The notes under the pieces are model-generated. The model worked only from the letters and a program-made list of their open reading frames with translations, had not been told where the DNA came from and did no database searches. A program made the position numbers and the translations under genes. From Acidobacteriota bacterium (GTDB lineage Bacteria; Acidobacteriota; UBA4820; DSQY01), in the NCBI GenBank assembly GCA_049967655.1, contig JBMFSH010000010.1:1-64000 (forward strand): a DNA stretch of 64,000 nt. The letters run 5' to 3'. Below are positions 16,346 to 27,295 of this stretch, in pieces; within the stretch, counting starts at the first letter, position 1, and every line of letters starts with the position of its first letter.

Positions 16346-19300
16346 GCCGCCCGGCCCCCGACCGGGAGATCCGGCTGAAGGCTCTCGATCCGCGGGGCAG
16401 CTTCGTGTTGGAGGCGCCCGCCGGCTCGGGCAAGACCGACCTCCTCACGGCGCGCTTTCTGGCCCTGCTGGGGACGGTGGCCTCCCCCGGGCAGATCGTG
16501 GCGCTGACCTTCACCCGCAAGGCCGCGGACCAGATGCAGCAGCGCATCCTCGGCGTCCTGGAACGAGCCCGGAGGGGAGCGGAGCCCGAGCACGAGTGGG
16601 ACGCGCACCTCCTGGACTTGGCGCGCCGGGCCCTCGACAATCCTAGCTTCGCGGAGGGCGTGCTGCGCAACCCCCAGTCCTACAGGGTGGGTACCTTCCA
16701 CAGCTTCTGCACCTCGGTGGCGGGAGGCTGGCCGCTGGAGGCGGGCATTCCGCCGGGTGCCCTCCTCCTCGATGAACTGGACCAGGGCAGGGCGCTTGAG
16801 GCCGCGGTGGAGTCCTGCTTTGAGGCCATTCTTTCGGGCGCGGTTCCGGAGCTGTGCGGTGCCTTCGAGCGGCGGCTGGCGGCGACCGACAACGGGTACG
16901 AACGGCTCAAGGAGCAGGTGATTAGCCTCATGGCCCACCGGGACCGCCTGCTGGCTTTCGAGGAGTTCCTGCGAAGCGGCGGCGGGGAGCTCGGCGTCAC
17001 CGCGGAGCGCGTCCTCTCCGAGCTGGTGGCCGCCGCCATAAGGCCGGCGCGAGCGCACTTCTTGGATCACGAGGAGCAGTGGCGCGAACTGCGCCGTGCC
17101 CTGGAGGAGTGCGGGTCGCCCTGCGCGGGCGACTGTCCCCTCGAAGTGCCCGGCGAGGGCCTTGAAGCGATCCCGGCCTGGCAGGCGCTCGCCGGCCTGG
17201 TCCTGAAGACCGACGGGGGCACCTACACGAGCTTCGCCGGCGACAAGTTCGGGGCTGGATTCGGCAAGACGGCCGCGGCGCGGTTCCTGAAGGAGATCCC
17301 GGCGGAGGCGGCCGAGGCCCTGGCCGCGGTGCGGAGCTGGCCCTCGGCCGGGGAGGACCCGGTGGGCCTGGAGGCGCTGGCGGACCTGCTGGCCCTGGCC
17401 GGTGGGGCCCAGCGGCACCTGGCGGCGCGGATCCCGGGAGCGGGCCTGGACTACCTCGAACTGGAGCTGGCCGCCCTGCGCTCCCTGAGCTGGGCCCAGG
17501 TCCCGAGTGAAAGCCTCATCTTCTACAGCGAGCACCTGAGGCACCTCCTGGTGGACGAGGCGCAGGACATGAACGAGGTCCAGGTGCGGATCCTCTCGCG
17601 CCTGACGGAGGGGTGGGAGCCGGGCGACGGGCGGTCGCTCTTCGTGGTGGGCGATCCCAAGCAGAGCATCTTCCGCTTCCGCAGGGCCGAGGTGAGCCTC
17701 TTCACGGGCCTTCAGGAGCAGGGGCTGCCGAGGGAGGGGGAGGCCAGCTATCCGCTGGTCCCCCTCGAACTGACCGCCAACTTCCGCTCCGAGCCTACCC
17801 TGGTCCGGTTCTGCAACGCCCTCTTCGAGTCCCTCTGGCCGAAGCTGGGAAAGGACGGGGAGGGGGTCTGTTTCCGGAGTTCCGAGCCGGCGCGCGAGCC
17901 CTCCTACGCCGGGGTGGGGGTACGGGTGGCGCTCTTCACTCAGGGCGAGGAGGCCGAGCCCGGGGCGGCGCCTCTCCCGTCGGCCGCGGAGCGCGAGGCC
18001 GCCTACGTGGCGGGCAGGGTGTCCGAGCTGCACGCGGCGGAGCCGGAGGCCACCATCGGCCTGCTCTTCCCCGCCCGTCCGGCCCTGGGACCCTTCGTGT
18101 CGGCCCTGAACCGGTTGGGGGTGCCGGTCCGCCTCGTGGAGGGCGAGAGCCTCGCGGGCCGGCCCGAGGTCCGTCACCTCGTCAACCTCTTCACGGCGCT
18201 GGCCCGCCCTTACGACGACGTGGCCTGGGCCGGGTGCCTGCGCTCGCCGTGGTTCTGGGTGTCCGAAGCCGAGCTGCTTCGCCTCTCCTCGCCGGGGGGC
18301 TTCTGGTCGTCGAGGGTGCTGAACCAGGCCGAGGGCGAGACGCCCTCCTCGCCCTTCGGGCTGGCCGCGCGGGAGGCGCTGGCGGCCTTCGGGCGGGAGC
18401 CCTACGAGAGAACCCTCTCGCGGCTGTGGGAGGAGCTGGGCGGCCCGGCGGCCACCGCGGCGCGCTACGGGGCGGCGGGGGTGGCCAACGCGCGAGCCTT
18501 TCTGGATCTGCTGGCGGGTTGCTCGGGCAGGCCCGCCGAGGAGGCCCTCTCGCGGCTGAGCGAATTGCTCGATTCGGCTTACACGCCGCCGGATCCCAGG
18601 GGGGCCTTTTCCCCCGTCTCCGCCATGACCATCCATAAGGCCAAGGGCCTCGAATTCGACCACGTCTTCGCCGTGGCGCTGGGCCGCGACCCTCTCGGGG
18701 GGAGCCGACAGGAGCGCCCCTCCTTCCGCATGGAGCGGGTTCCCCTGCCCGGGAGGCCCGTGCTCGTGGCCGCCGGGCCGGACGCCGGGCGGGGCGAGGC
18801 GAACCTCGCCTACCGGCTGCTGGAGGAGCTCGACCAGCGGCGCCAGCTCGACGAGAGTCTGCGCCTCTTCTACGTGGCGGCCACGCGGGCCAGGCGGAGC
18901 CTCACGCTCACCGGCAGGGCGAGGATCACCCAGAAGGGACTCCTCTCGGTCCGGAAGAAGGCCAGCGCGCTGGGGCGGCTGCTGGCCGCCGTGGAGGGAG
19001 TGGAGGGGGCCAGCGGCGAGCCGTGGCTCTCCCTCGGCCTACGAGTCGAAATGGACCCCGAGCCGGCACTCGCGGGCGCTCCGGCGGGCCGGGCGCGGCT
19101 TCCGGGAGAGCCCCCGCCCTTCGAGGCCCAACCCCTGCCCTACCGCATCAGCTCTCCGTCGGCCCTGCAGGAGGAGACGGCGCAGGCCGCGCCCTTCGGT
19201 GCGGACGACGCGGTGGACCCCCACGCCAGGCCCCGCGGCGTGGTCCTGCACCGGCTGTGGGAGCGCCTCGCCCTGGGGGCCTCCCTGCCGTCCGAAAAGG

Positions 19301-19716
19301 CCGTGGCCGCCGCCCTGGCGGCGGAAGGAGTCGGCCCCGCGCAGGCCTTCGCGCAGGCGCGGGAGGTGCTGGAGGAGGCCAGGGAGGCCTGGGAGCATGC
19401 GCCTTTCGCCGAACTGCGGGAGGGGGCCGTGGCCCTTCGGCCGGAGGTGGGGCTGGAGGACCACGACCGGAGCGGCGGCCTGCGGGTCGGAAGGCTGGAC
19501 CTGCTCATCGAGCGGCCGGAGGGTTTGACCATCGTGGACTACAAGACGGGGCGGGCCGAAGACGGGGAGGAGGGCTGGCTGGCGGCCCAGTGCGAGCACT
19601 ACGGTCCCCAGCTTCGGGCCTACGTGCAGATGACCTCCCGGGCCTTCGGTGTGGAGCCGGCCAAGGTGCGGGCTTTCCTCTACCTCACCTCGCTTCGAAG
19701 GCTGGTCGAACTGTGA
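16342..19716 (+). CDS. AddA-like UvrD helicase-nuclease
   Basis: EAPAGSGKT, LTFTRKAA, LVDEAQD, VGDPKQSIFRFR, MTIHKAKGLEFD, YVAATRA, C-terminal GRLD...DYKTG; GTGA overlap with the addB-like gene. Confidence 0.9.
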   Translation: MSRPAPDREIRLKALDPRGSFVLEAPAGSGKTDLLTARFLALLGTVASPGQIVALTFTRKAADQMQQRILGVLERARRGAEPEHEWDAHLLDLARRALDNPSFAEGVLRNPQSYRVGTFHSFCTSVAGGWPLEAGIPPGALLLDELDQGRALEAAVESCFEAILSGAVPELCGAFERRLAATDNGYERLKEQVISLMAHRDRLLAFEEFLRSGGGELGVTAERVLSELVAAAIRPARAHFLDHEEQWRELRRALEECGSPCAGDCPLEVPGEGLEAIPAWQALAGLVLKTDGGTYTSFAGDKFGAGFGKTAAARFLKEIPAEAAEALAAVRSWPSAGEDPVGLEALADLLALAGGAQRHLAARIPGAGLDYLELELAALRSLSWAQVPSESLIFYSEHLRHLLVDEAQDMNEVQVRILSRLTEGWEPGDGRSLFVVGDPKQSIFRFRRAEVSLFTGLQEQGLPREGEASYPLVPLELTANFRSEPTLVRFCNALFESLWPKLGKDGEGVCFRSSEPAREPSYAGVGVRVALFTQGEEAEPGAAPLPSAAEREAAYVAGRVSELHAAEPEATIGLLFPARPALGPFVSALNRLGVPVRLVEGESLAGRPEVRHLVNLFTALARPYDDVAWAGCLRSPWFWVSEAELLRLSSPGGFWSSRVLNQAEGETPSSPFGLAAREALAAFGREPYERTLSRLWEELGGPAATAARYGAAGVANARAFLDLLAGCSGRPAEEALSRLSELLDSAYTPPDPRGAFSPVSAMTIHKAKGLEFDHVFAVALGRDPLGGSRQERPSFRMERVPLPGRPVLVAAGPDAGRGEANLAYRLLEELDQRRQLDESLRLFYVAATRARRSLTLTGRARITQKGLLSVRKKASALGRLLAAVEGVEGASGEPWLSLGLRVEMDPEPALAGAPAGRARLPGEPPPFEAQPLPYRISSPSALQEETAQAAPFGADDAVDPHARPRGVVLHRLWERLALGASLPSEKAVAAALAAEGVGPAQAFAQAREVLEEAREAWEHAPFAELREGAVALRPEVGLEDHDRSGGLRVGRLDLLIERPEGLTIVDYKTGRAEDGEEGWLAAQCEHYGPQLRAYVQMTSRAFGVEPAKVRAFLYLTSLRRLVEL

Positions 19717-19771
19717 GAGCCTGGGACCCCCGCGGAAGCGCTTGACGATGAGCCTCTGGAGAGGTGTTCCG

Positions 19772-20875
19772 ATGCGGGATCGAGTCATAACGATCCTTCT
19801 GACGCTGGCCTGGAGTTCGGCCTGGGGCGGGACGGCTCAGGCACCCTCGTACGCCGTCAGCGGCTGGTCCCTGGGGGACGGCGACTCCCTGAACCGTGCG
19901 GCGCAGTGCCGGGCCATCGACGAGGTGGACCTGGACTGGTTCTATTCGCGGAGGAACGGCACGGTGGTTCAGGGCTACGACGATCCCGCCCTGGCGGCCG
20001 CCGCGAGGGCGGCGGGCCTCTCGGTGATGGCCACCCTGAGCAACTGGAGCGAGGGCAAGAACGGCTTCGACCCCGCCGTCCCCAAGGCCATCCTGCGCAG
20101 CCGAGGGAAGATGCGGCGTCACGCGGCGGCGCTGGCCGCGCTCTGCCAAAACCTGGGCTACGACGGCGTGGACCTGGACTGGGAGTCACTCAAGGCCAAG
20201 GAGCGGGACCGCTTCAGCGAATTCGTGGAGGCGCTCGCGGCCGACCTGCACGCCGAGGGAAAGCGGCTGGCCATCGCCGTTTCGCCCAAGACCTCGGAGC
20301 CGGGGGGCTGGTCCGGGGCGAAGGCGGAGGACTGGCGGCGCCTGGGAGTTGCGGTGGACGAATTCAAGGTCATGACCTATGACTACAGCGGCCCCTGGTC
20401 TCCGCCCGGGCCCATCGCCCCGCCCGATTGGATGGACGCCGTCCTCACCTTCGCGGAGAGCGAGGTTCCAGCCGAGAAGATCATGATGGGACTGCCCTTC
20501 TACGGCTACGACTGGTCGGGCGGCAGCGCCGTGGGGCTGGACTGGGCCGACGCGCAGGCCCTCATCGCCCGGTACGCTCCCACCGTGACGAGGGATCCTT
20601 CCGGCGAGGAGACCTTCACCTACACCGATGCCATGGGGATCGTCCACACGGTCTTCTTCCAGGACACCCAGTCCATTCAGGACAAGATCCAGGTGCTGAC
20701 CTCGCGCCACCCGGGCATCCGGGGCGTCGCCATCTGGGTCCTGGAGCGGGAGGATCCCTCCTTCTGGGGCCTGATCGACGGGCTCCTGAGGCCCGGCGAC
20801 TCTTGTCCTCAAACCACGGCCTTGAGGGAGGCGCCCGCCGCCGTGGTCTCGGAATGCTCGCCCGCCCTTCAGTGA
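19772..20875 (+). CDS. Secreted glycoside hydrolase family 18 (chitinase-like)
   Basis: Signal peptide; YDGVDLDWE (DxxDxDxE), VMTYD, KIMMGLPFYG. Confidence 0.88.
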   Translation: MRDRVITILLTLAWSSAWGGTAQAPSYAVSGWSLGDGDSLNRAAQCRAIDEVDLDWFYSRRNGTVVQGYDDPALAAAARAAGLSVMATLSNWSEGKNGFDPAVPKAILRSRGKMRRHAAALAALCQNLGYDGVDLDWESLKAKERDRFSEFVEALAADLHAEGKRLAIAVSPKTSEPGGWSGAKAEDWRRLGVAVDEFKVMTYDYSGPWSPPGPIAPPDWMDAVLTFAESEVPAEKIMMGLPFYGYDWSGGSAVGLDWADAQALIARYAPTVTRDPSGEETFTYTDAMGIVHTVFFQDTQSIQDKIQVLTSRHPGIRGVAIWVLEREDPSFWGLIDGLLRPGDSCPQTTALREAPAAVVSECSPALQ

Positions 20876-20982
20876 GTCATCCCGTCTGAAAGCCAGCGAT
20901 CGCCTCGTCAGGTCTTGACTTTGATCGGTGTCGACATGAGAATGTGACCGCTCACTATCGTGCCGCTGGCGAAGGGGGGCCG

Positions 20983-22851
20983 ATGCGATCCGATTCCGTT
21001 CAGTCGAGAGTCACGGAAACGAGCGCCAGGGAAGAGGCGCGGGGCTCGGCCTCCCCTGCGTGGCGTGCCGGAGGGCTCGCCTCCATGTACCGGGAGTGTG
21101 CCCGCCGCTACGGCGAGCGCGTGGCCATGCGTTACCGGCGAGGGGGCGAATGGGTGGGGATCTCCTGGAAGGAGCTTGGGGAGAGCGTGGAAGCCACGGC
21201 GCGGGCGCTGGTGGCCCTGGGCGCGCCGGAGCAGGGAGCGGTGGCCATCCTGTCGCAGAACCGCCCCCAATGGACCATCGCGGACCTCGCCTGCCTCACC
21301 GCGCGAATCGTCACGGTCCCGATCTACCCCACCAACACGGCGAACTACGCTCGGTATCTCCTGGATGACGCCGAGGCGAGGCTCGTGTTCGTGGACACGC
21401 AGGCGCAGTACGACAAGATCGCCTCTCTGGCCGGCCCGGACCGCCCCTTGACCCTCGTGGCCTTCGATCCTGCCGTCCAGTTCCGGGAGGGGGTGCCCTC
21501 GTTGCGCTTCGATGACCTGCGCTCGATCGGTGCGGGGCCGGGGACCGCGGAGGAGGTGGAAGCGCGTCTCGCCAGGGTCACGCCGGAGGACCTGGTGACC
21601 CTCATCTACACCTCGGGCACCACGGGCGAGCCCAAAGGGGTCATGCTGACGCAAGGGAACCTCCTGAGCTGCTTTGCCCCGCACGACGCGCGGCTCCCCG
21701 CGCCCGGCGAGAATGACGTCTCGCTCTGCTTTCTGCCGCTGAGCCACGTCTTCGAGCGCGGGTGGACCTACTACGCGCTCAGCAAGGGGATGATCAACTG
21801 CTACCTGGAGGATCCTGCCCAGGTGGTGGAGGCGCTCCAGCAGGTGCGACCGACCGTCATGTGCGCCGTGCCGCGATTCTACGAGAAGGTCTACGCCGCC
21901 ATCTTCAAGAAGCTGAAGCAGGCCTCCCTGCCGCGCAGGGCGCTCTTCCACTGGGCGGTCCGCGTGGGGGCTGAGGCGGGGCGGCGGCGCAAGGAGGAGC
22001 TGCCCGTGCCGCTCTCTCTGCGCCTCACGCACCGGATCGCCGACGCGCTGGTCCTCAAGAAGGTGCGCGGGATCGTCGGCGGTCGAATCCGGTTCTTCCC
22101 CTGCGCGGGGGCGCCCCTCTCGCAGACCATCGAGGAGTTCTTTCACGCCTGCGGCATCTTCATCTGCTACGGCTACGGGCTGACCGAGACCACCGCCACC
22201 GTCTCGACCCACGAGACCCACCACTTCAAGTTCGGAACCGTGGGAAAGCCGCTCAACGGCGTCCAGGTCCGCATCGGCGAGCACGACGAGATCCTGGTGA
22301 AGGGCCCCACCGTCAGCCGTGGCTACTTCAAGCGTCCCGAGGAGACCGCCAAGGCCTTCGTGGACGGCTGGTTCCACACGGGAGACGCGGGCGTGCTCGA
22401 CGAGGATGGCTGCCTGACCATCACCGACAGGATCAAGGATCTGATCAAGACCTCGGGCGGAAAGTACGTGGCCCCCCAGGCCATCGAGGCGGCCCTGGGA
22501 AGCGACCCCTACGTGGAGCAGATCGCGGTGATCGGCGACGGGCGCCGCTTCATCTCGGCCCTCGTCGTGCCCTCCTTCCCCAACCTGGAGGAGTGGGCCC
22601 GAGCCCACGGGATCGAGGCCTCCTCCCGCGAGGAGCTCGTGGGCCACCCCGAGGTGGCGGCCTTCTACCGCGAGCGGATCGACCGCCACAACGCCGGCGT
22701 GGCCCGCTTCAAGCAGGTCAAGAAGTTCACGCTCCTGCCCAAGGAGTTCACGCTGGAGGCGGGCGAGATCACGCCCACCCTCAAGGTGCGGCGCAAGCAG
22801 GTGCTGGCGCGCTACGAGCGGGAGATCGAGGCCATGTACGCCGAGCCCTAA
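20983..22851 (+). CDS. Long-chain fatty acid--CoA ligase
   Basis: YTSGTTGEPKG, GYGLTET, WFHTGDAG, DRIKDLIKTSGGKYVAP; start uncertain (20944 or 20983). Confidence 0.92.
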   Translation: MRSDSVQSRVTETSAREEARGSASPAWRAGGLASMYRECARRYGERVAMRYRRGGEWVGISWKELGESVEATARALVALGAPEQGAVAILSQNRPQWTIADLACLTARIVTVPIYPTNTANYARYLLDDAEARLVFVDTQAQYDKIASLAGPDRPLTLVAFDPAVQFREGVPSLRFDDLRSIGAGPGTAEEVEARLARVTPEDLVTLIYTSGTTGEPKGVMLTQGNLLSCFAPHDARLPAPGENDVSLCFLPLSHVFERGWTYYALSKGMINCYLEDPAQVVEALQQVRPTVMCAVPRFYEKVYAAIFKKLKQASLPRRALFHWAVRVGAEAGRRRKEELPVPLSLRLTHRIADALVLKKVRGIVGGRIRFFPCAGAPLSQTIEEFFHACGIFICYGYGLTETTATVSTHETHHFKFGTVGKPLNGVQVRIGEHDEILVKGPTVSRGYFKRPEETAKAFVDGWFHTGDAGVLDEDGCLTITDRIKDLIKTSGGKYVAPQAIEAALGSDPYVEQIAVIGDGRRFISALVVPSFPNLEEWARAHGIEASSREELVGHPEVAAFYRERIDRHNAGVARFKQVKKFTLLPKEFTLEAGEITPTLKVRRKQVLARYEREIEAMYAEP

Positions 22852-22944
22852 TCCTGGCCAAAGGGGCCCCCCCCTAAATGCGTTACACTGTCGGCGCCGA
22901 CCCAGGATCGCGTCAGGCGGCCGGGTTCATGGGAGGATGCGAAG

Positions 22945-23694
22945 ATGTTCAAGCTCGTGTTGCTTCGCCACGGCGAAAGCGCTTGGAACCGCGAGAACCG
23001 CTTTACGGGATGGACCGACGTGGACCTCACCAGCCAGGGGGTGGCGGAGGCCGTCGAGGCCGGCCGGCTCTTGAAGGCGGAGGGCCTGAGCTTCGACGAG
23101 GCGTACACCTCCGTCCTCAAGCGCGCCATCCGCACGCTCTGGCTGGTTCTGGACGAGATGGATCTCATGTGGATTCCGGTGGTCCCCGACTGGAGGCTGA
23201 ACGAGCGGCACTACGGCGCCCTGCAGGGGTTGAATAAGGCGGAGATGGCCGAGCGGTTCGGCGAGGAGCAGGTGAAGATCTGGAGGCGGAGCTACGACGT
23301 GCGTCCCCCGGCCCTAGAGCCATCCGATGAGAGGTTCCCGGGCAGAGACCCCCGCTATGCGGGGCTGGCCCAGAGCCAGATCCCCCTCACCGAGTGCCTG
23401 AAGGACACCGTGGCGAGGGTCGTCCCTTGCTGGGAACAGCGCATCGCCCCGCGCGTGCGGGAGGGACGGAGGCTCCTCGTGGTGGCCCACGGCAACAGCC
23501 TGAGGGCGCTCATCAAGCACCTGGACGGTATGGGCGACGAGGCCATCGTGAACCTCAACATCCCCACCGGAATGCCCATGGTCTACGAGCTCGACGACGC
23601 TCTTGTTCCCCTGCGGCGCTTCTACCTGGGAGACCCGGAGAAGGTCCGCCAGGCCACCGAGGCCGTCGCCAGCCAAGGCAAAGCCCGCCGCTGA
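22945..23694 (+). CDS. gpmA: 2,3-bisphosphoglycerate-dependent phosphoglycerate mutase
   Basis: [29 protein letters not shown]. Confidence 0.97.
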   Translation: MFKLVLLRHGESAWNRENRFTGWTDVDLTSQGVAEAVEAGRLLKAEGLSFDEAYTSVLKRAIRTLWLVLDEMDLMWIPVVPDWRLNERHYGALQGLNKAEMAERFGEEQVKIWRRSYDVRPPALEPSDERFPGRDPRYAGLAQSQIPLTECLKDTVARVVPCWEQRIAPRVREGRRLLVVAHGNSLRALIKHLDGMGDEAIVNLNIPTGMPMVYELDDALVPLRRFYLGDPEKVRQATEAVASQGKARR

Positions 23695-23861
23695 TGCCCC
23701 GGGCCAGCCAAGGGGCCGGGGTGCAGGAACCCAACGGTGGGTTCAGCCGCCCCCTTTCGATATGAACAAAGAGAAAGCCTGGGCGACTTTTCCACCGAGA
23801 GAGATGGGGTGAGTCCCGCAGGGCCGCCGGTGGAGGGAGTGGGCGCAAAGGAGGCGCGAAG

Positions 23862-26036
23862 ATGGGGCGGCTGCTGATCGTATCCAACCGGCTCCCGGTG
23901 ACCGTCAAGGCCGAAGAAGAGGAGTTTCAGATCATCCCCTCCGCCGGAGGCCTGGCTACCGGCATGCGGGGACCGCACGAAAGCGCCAATTCCCTATGGA
24001 TCGGCTGGCCGGGCGAGTTGCCGCGGTTGAGCGAGGCCCGCCGCGAGCAGTTGGAGCAGAGGCTCGCCGAGTTCCGGACGGTCCCCGTCTACCTGAGCCA
24101 GGCGGAGGTCAACCGCTACTACGAGGGCTTCGCGAACGGCGTCCTCTGGCCCCTCTTCCACTACCTCACGGACCGTGTGCGCAGCGATGCCTGGAGAGAT
24201 TGGCAGGCCTACTCCGAGGTGAACGAGCGGTTCGCCCAGCGGGTGGCCGCCGAATACCGGCCCGGAGATACGGTATGGGTTCACGACTACCAGCTCTGCC
24301 TGGTGCCGGTCCTCCTCCGGCAGCTCGTGCCTGAGGCCCGCATAGGCTTCTTCCTCCACATCCCCTTCCCTTCGTCCGACGTGTTCCGCATCGTGCCCTG
24401 GCGGACGGAGATCCTGGAGGGCATCTTGGGCAGCGACCTGGTGGGCTTCCATACCTACCCCTACCTTCGCCACTTCAGCCGCTCGCTCAACCTCTTGCTG
24501 GGGGTGGAGCCCGACGGCGAAAGGCTCGTGTACGCCAACCGGGAGGTGCGCCTCGGCGTATTTCCCATGGGCATCGACGCGGCCAGGTTCTCCGCCCTCG
24601 CCCAAAACGCCGAGGTGGCGGCCGAGGTCAAGTCCATCCGGGAGGAGCTGGGAAAGCGCAAGCTCCTGCTCGGCGTGGACCGCCTGGACTACACCAAGGG
24701 ACTCCCCGAACGCATGCTGGCGATGGAACGGCTTCTGGAGCGGGAACCTTCGTGGAGGGGCAAGATCCGCTTTATCCAGGTGGTCGTTCCCTCCAGGACC
24801 AAGGTGGAATCCTACAAGGCCTTCCGCCGGAACCTCGACGAGCTCGTGGGGCGGGTGAACGGACGGTACGCCACCATTGACTCGGTGCCCATTCACTACC
24901 TCTTCCAGTCCGTGTCGGAGCACCAGCTCGTGGCGCTCTACCGCGCGGCAGACGTCATGCTCGTGACGCCGCTGCGGGACGGCATGAACCTGGTTGCCAA
25001 GGAATTCGTGGCTTCGCGATCGGACGGGGACGGCGTTCTTGTCCTGAGCGAGTTCGCCGGGGCCGCCGCCGAGCTCGCCGAGGCTCTCCAGGTCAATCCG
25101 TACGACGCGGACGCGGCGGCCAGGGCCATGTACCGGGCTCTGACCATGCCCAGGGAGGAGCGCCGGACGCGGATGGAGGCGCTTCAGAGGAGGGTGTTCA
25201 CCTACGACGCCTACCGGTGGGCGGACACCTTCTGGAAAAAGCTCCAGGAGCCCCCCGCGGCCGAGGTGGACCGCATGCTCTCTCCCCCAGGCCTCATGCA
25301 GGAACTGGCCGCCCGCTTGCGCGCGGCGAAACGCCTGGTGCTCATCCTGGACTACGACGGGACCCTCGCGCCCTATGCCAGCTCGCCCCAGCTCGCCGAA
25401 CCAGACGCGGAGCTAAAGCGCCTGCTCAAGGCCCTCGGATCCCGCCCAGGCACCTCGGTTCACGTCGTGAGCGGACGCTCCCGCGAGCTCATGAGCCGAT
25501 GGTTTGGCCGATTGACGCTGGGGCTCCACGCGGAGCACGGGTTCTGGTCCAGGCTCCAACCGGGGGGCGAGTGGAGGCCCCTGAAGGTGCGTGCTCTCGA
25601 TTGGAAACGCCGGATCCTCCCGCTGATCGAGCTGGCGGCAACGCGGACGCCAGGCTCGCTGATCGAAGAGAAGACGGCGGCCATCACCTGGTACTACAGG
25701 ATGTCCGATCCGGAGCTGGGGGCCCGCCGGTTCGAGGAGCTCAGGCTCCTGCTGGAGAAAGAGGCCAGCGGCCTGCCCCTGGAGGTGATGACCGGTCCCA
25801 AGTCTCTGGAAATCCGCGTGCGTGGCGTCCACAAGGGGGCGATCCTGGACCGCCTCGGGGCCAAGCAGGGGATCACACTGCTGGCCATGGGGGACGACGC
25901 GACCGACGAGGATCTCTTCGGAGCGCTCCCCCCGGGCGGTACCGCCGTGCACGTGGGCAGAGGGCCGAGCAGCGCGGCTTACCGGGTGGCCGACCCTGCC
26001 GCCGCACGGAGTTTTCTCGCCTCCCTCCTGGGGTGA
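23862..26036 (+). CDS. otsAB: Bifunctional trehalose-6-phosphate synthase/phosphatase (OtsA-OtsB fusion)
   Basis: [41 protein letters not shown] domain DYDGTL and GDDATDED. Confidence 0.93.
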   Translation: MGRLLIVSNRLPVTVKAEEEEFQIIPSAGGLATGMRGPHESANSLWIGWPGELPRLSEARREQLEQRLAEFRTVPVYLSQAEVNRYYEGFANGVLWPLFHYLTDRVRSDAWRDWQAYSEVNERFAQRVAAEYRPGDTVWVHDYQLCLVPVLLRQLVPEARIGFFLHIPFPSSDVFRIVPWRTEILEGILGSDLVGFHTYPYLRHFSRSLNLLLGVEPDGERLVYANREVRLGVFPMGIDAARFSALAQNAEVAAEVKSIREELGKRKLLLGVDRLDYTKGLPERMLAMERLLEREPSWRGKIRFIQVVVPSRTKVESYKAFRRNLDELVGRVNGRYATIDSVPIHYLFQSVSEHQLVALYRAADVMLVTPLRDGMNLVAKEFVASRSDGDGVLVLSEFAGAAAELAEALQVNPYDADAAARAMYRALTMPREERRTRMEALQRRVFTYDAYRWADTFWKKLQEPPAAEVDRMLSPPGLMQELAARLRAAKRLVLILDYDGTLAPYASSPQLAEPDAELKRLLKALGSRPGTSVHVVSGRSRELMSRWFGRLTLGLHAEHGFWSRLQPGGEWRPLKVRALDWKRRILPLIELAATRTPGSLIEEKTAAITWYYRMSDPELGARRFEELRLLLEKEASGLPLEVMTGPKSLEIRVRGVHKGAILDRLGAKQGITLLAMGDDATDEDLFGALPPGGTAVHVGRGPSSAAYRVADPAAARSFLASLLG

Positions 26037-26076
26037 TGGGGGATGATGGATGACAGATGATCGATGAAGGATGGGC
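26035..26076. repeat. Heptamer array (GATGRNN)x6
   Basis: GATGGGG GATGATG GATGACA GATGATC GATGAAG GATGGGC in phase. Confidence 0.65.
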
Positions 26077-26424
26077 GGCGGTTGCAGCCCTTCACTTTTA
26101 ATTTTCTTATTCCCGTTCCGCCATCTGCCTGCCATTCGCTCACCGGCACCGGAGGGGGCCCTGGGCACTGGAATTTCCTCCAGATTGTGTTATAACTATC
26201 CAAGGCCATGGGTGCCGAAGGATGTCTGTGGATGAAGCTTAGTGGTGCAAGTGGATCTCCGGCTCCCGTGCCTTTGGAGGCACGCCCCGATTCGTCCAGC
26301 GATTCATACGGTGTGGAAATGGTGCGGCGCCCCCCGCGGGTGCGGGGATGGGTGAAGCCGTGTTTGGCTTCGGCCGGTTCGGGACGGTCCGGTCGGAGAG
26401 AGCGGGTTTGAAAAGGGAGGTGTT

Positions 26425-26982
26425 ATGTCCGTCCGGCTGTTTGTAGGGAACCTCTCCTACGATGCGACTGAAGAGGAATTGAAGGCGCTGTTTGCCGCTG
26501 CGGGTCCCGTGGCCCACGTCCATCTTCCTAAGGACCGTGAAACGGGGAGGCCGAGAGGCTTTGCTTTCGTGGAGTTCCTTGAGAAATCGCAGGCGGAGGA
26601 GGCCATCAGGCGCTTCAATAACCAGGATTTCAAGGGCCGGCCCATGGTGGTCAACGAAGCCAGGGCCCGGGAGGCGGGCGCGGCTCCGCGCCCCTACGCG
26701 CCCAGACCCTTCTCGCCGCGTCCCTCGTCGCCGCGCCCCGACTGGAGCCCCGCTCCCGTGGGCGAGGAGGAGGAGGGGAAGCCCCGCGGCATCCGCAGGA
26801 CCTTCGGCGGAGCGGAGAACGGCCCCCACAAGAAGAAGCGCTACGATAAGGGCGAACGGGTTCCCAAGGGGCCCATCCGGGAACGCCACAGCGGCCGTTT
26901 GTACGACATCGACGACGCCGAGGATGACGTCGAGTGGGAAGGCGACGACATCGCCAGGCGCGCCGACGACGAGGAGGAATAG
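26425..26982 (+). CDS. RRM RNA-binding protein with disordered Pro/Arg-rich and acidic tail
   Basis: RNP2 LFVGNL and RNP1 RGFAFVEF; GGGAGG RBS. Confidence 0.93.
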   Translation: MSVRLFVGNLSYDATEEELKALFAAAGPVAHVHLPKDRETGRPRGFAFVEFLEKSQAEEAIRRFNNQDFKGRPMVVNEARAREAGAAPRPYAPRPFSPRPSSPRPDWSPAPVGEEEEGKPRGIRRTFGGAENGPHKKKRYDKGERVPKGPIRERHSGRLYDIDDAEDDVEWEGDDIARRADDEEE

Positions 26983-26986
26983 GCCC

Positions 26987-27295
26987 TCACTCGTCCTCGT
27001 CCCCCTCCTCCGGCTGGAGGAGGAAATCCTCGATGAGCTCGATCAGGGCATCCAGCCGCTGGATTCTCGTGGGGTCCGTCGCGCGGTTGGCCTGCACGGA
27101 CAGGTAGCCGGCGATCTCCTCCCAGTCCTCTTCGGAGAAGGCCACCAGCAGCTTCCCGCCGCGCACCGCGACGGCCCTCAGCTCATCGGCGATTCCCAAC
27201 TCCTCCCCGGCCTCCCTCAGCAGCGTGTCGCGCTCGCGGGGCGTCAACTCCATCTCGAGCTTCGGCGGCTCCTGGGGCACTTCGGTCTCGTCCAC
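26987..27295 (-). CDS. Small acidic hypothetical protein
   Basis: Protein-like composition; GGAGG upstream of GTG 27295; converges on the RRM gene. Confidence 0.6.
   Translation of the reverse strand: MDETEVPQEPPKLEMELTPRERDTLLREAGEELGIADELRAVAVRGGKLLVAFSEEDWEEIAGYLSVQANRATDPTRIQRLDALIELIEDFLLQPEEGDEDE

Noticed and set aside
11515..19716. SIR2 + nuclease + helicase as a single antiphage system
   Set aside because: SIR2 is on the opposite strand and separated by the LON-domain gene; the helicase-nuclease pair looks like housekeeping AddAB
20915..20943. Possible FNR-like box or sigma70 promoter before the acyl-CoA ligase
   Set aside because: Only half of TTGAT-N4-ATCAA matches and the -10 is weak
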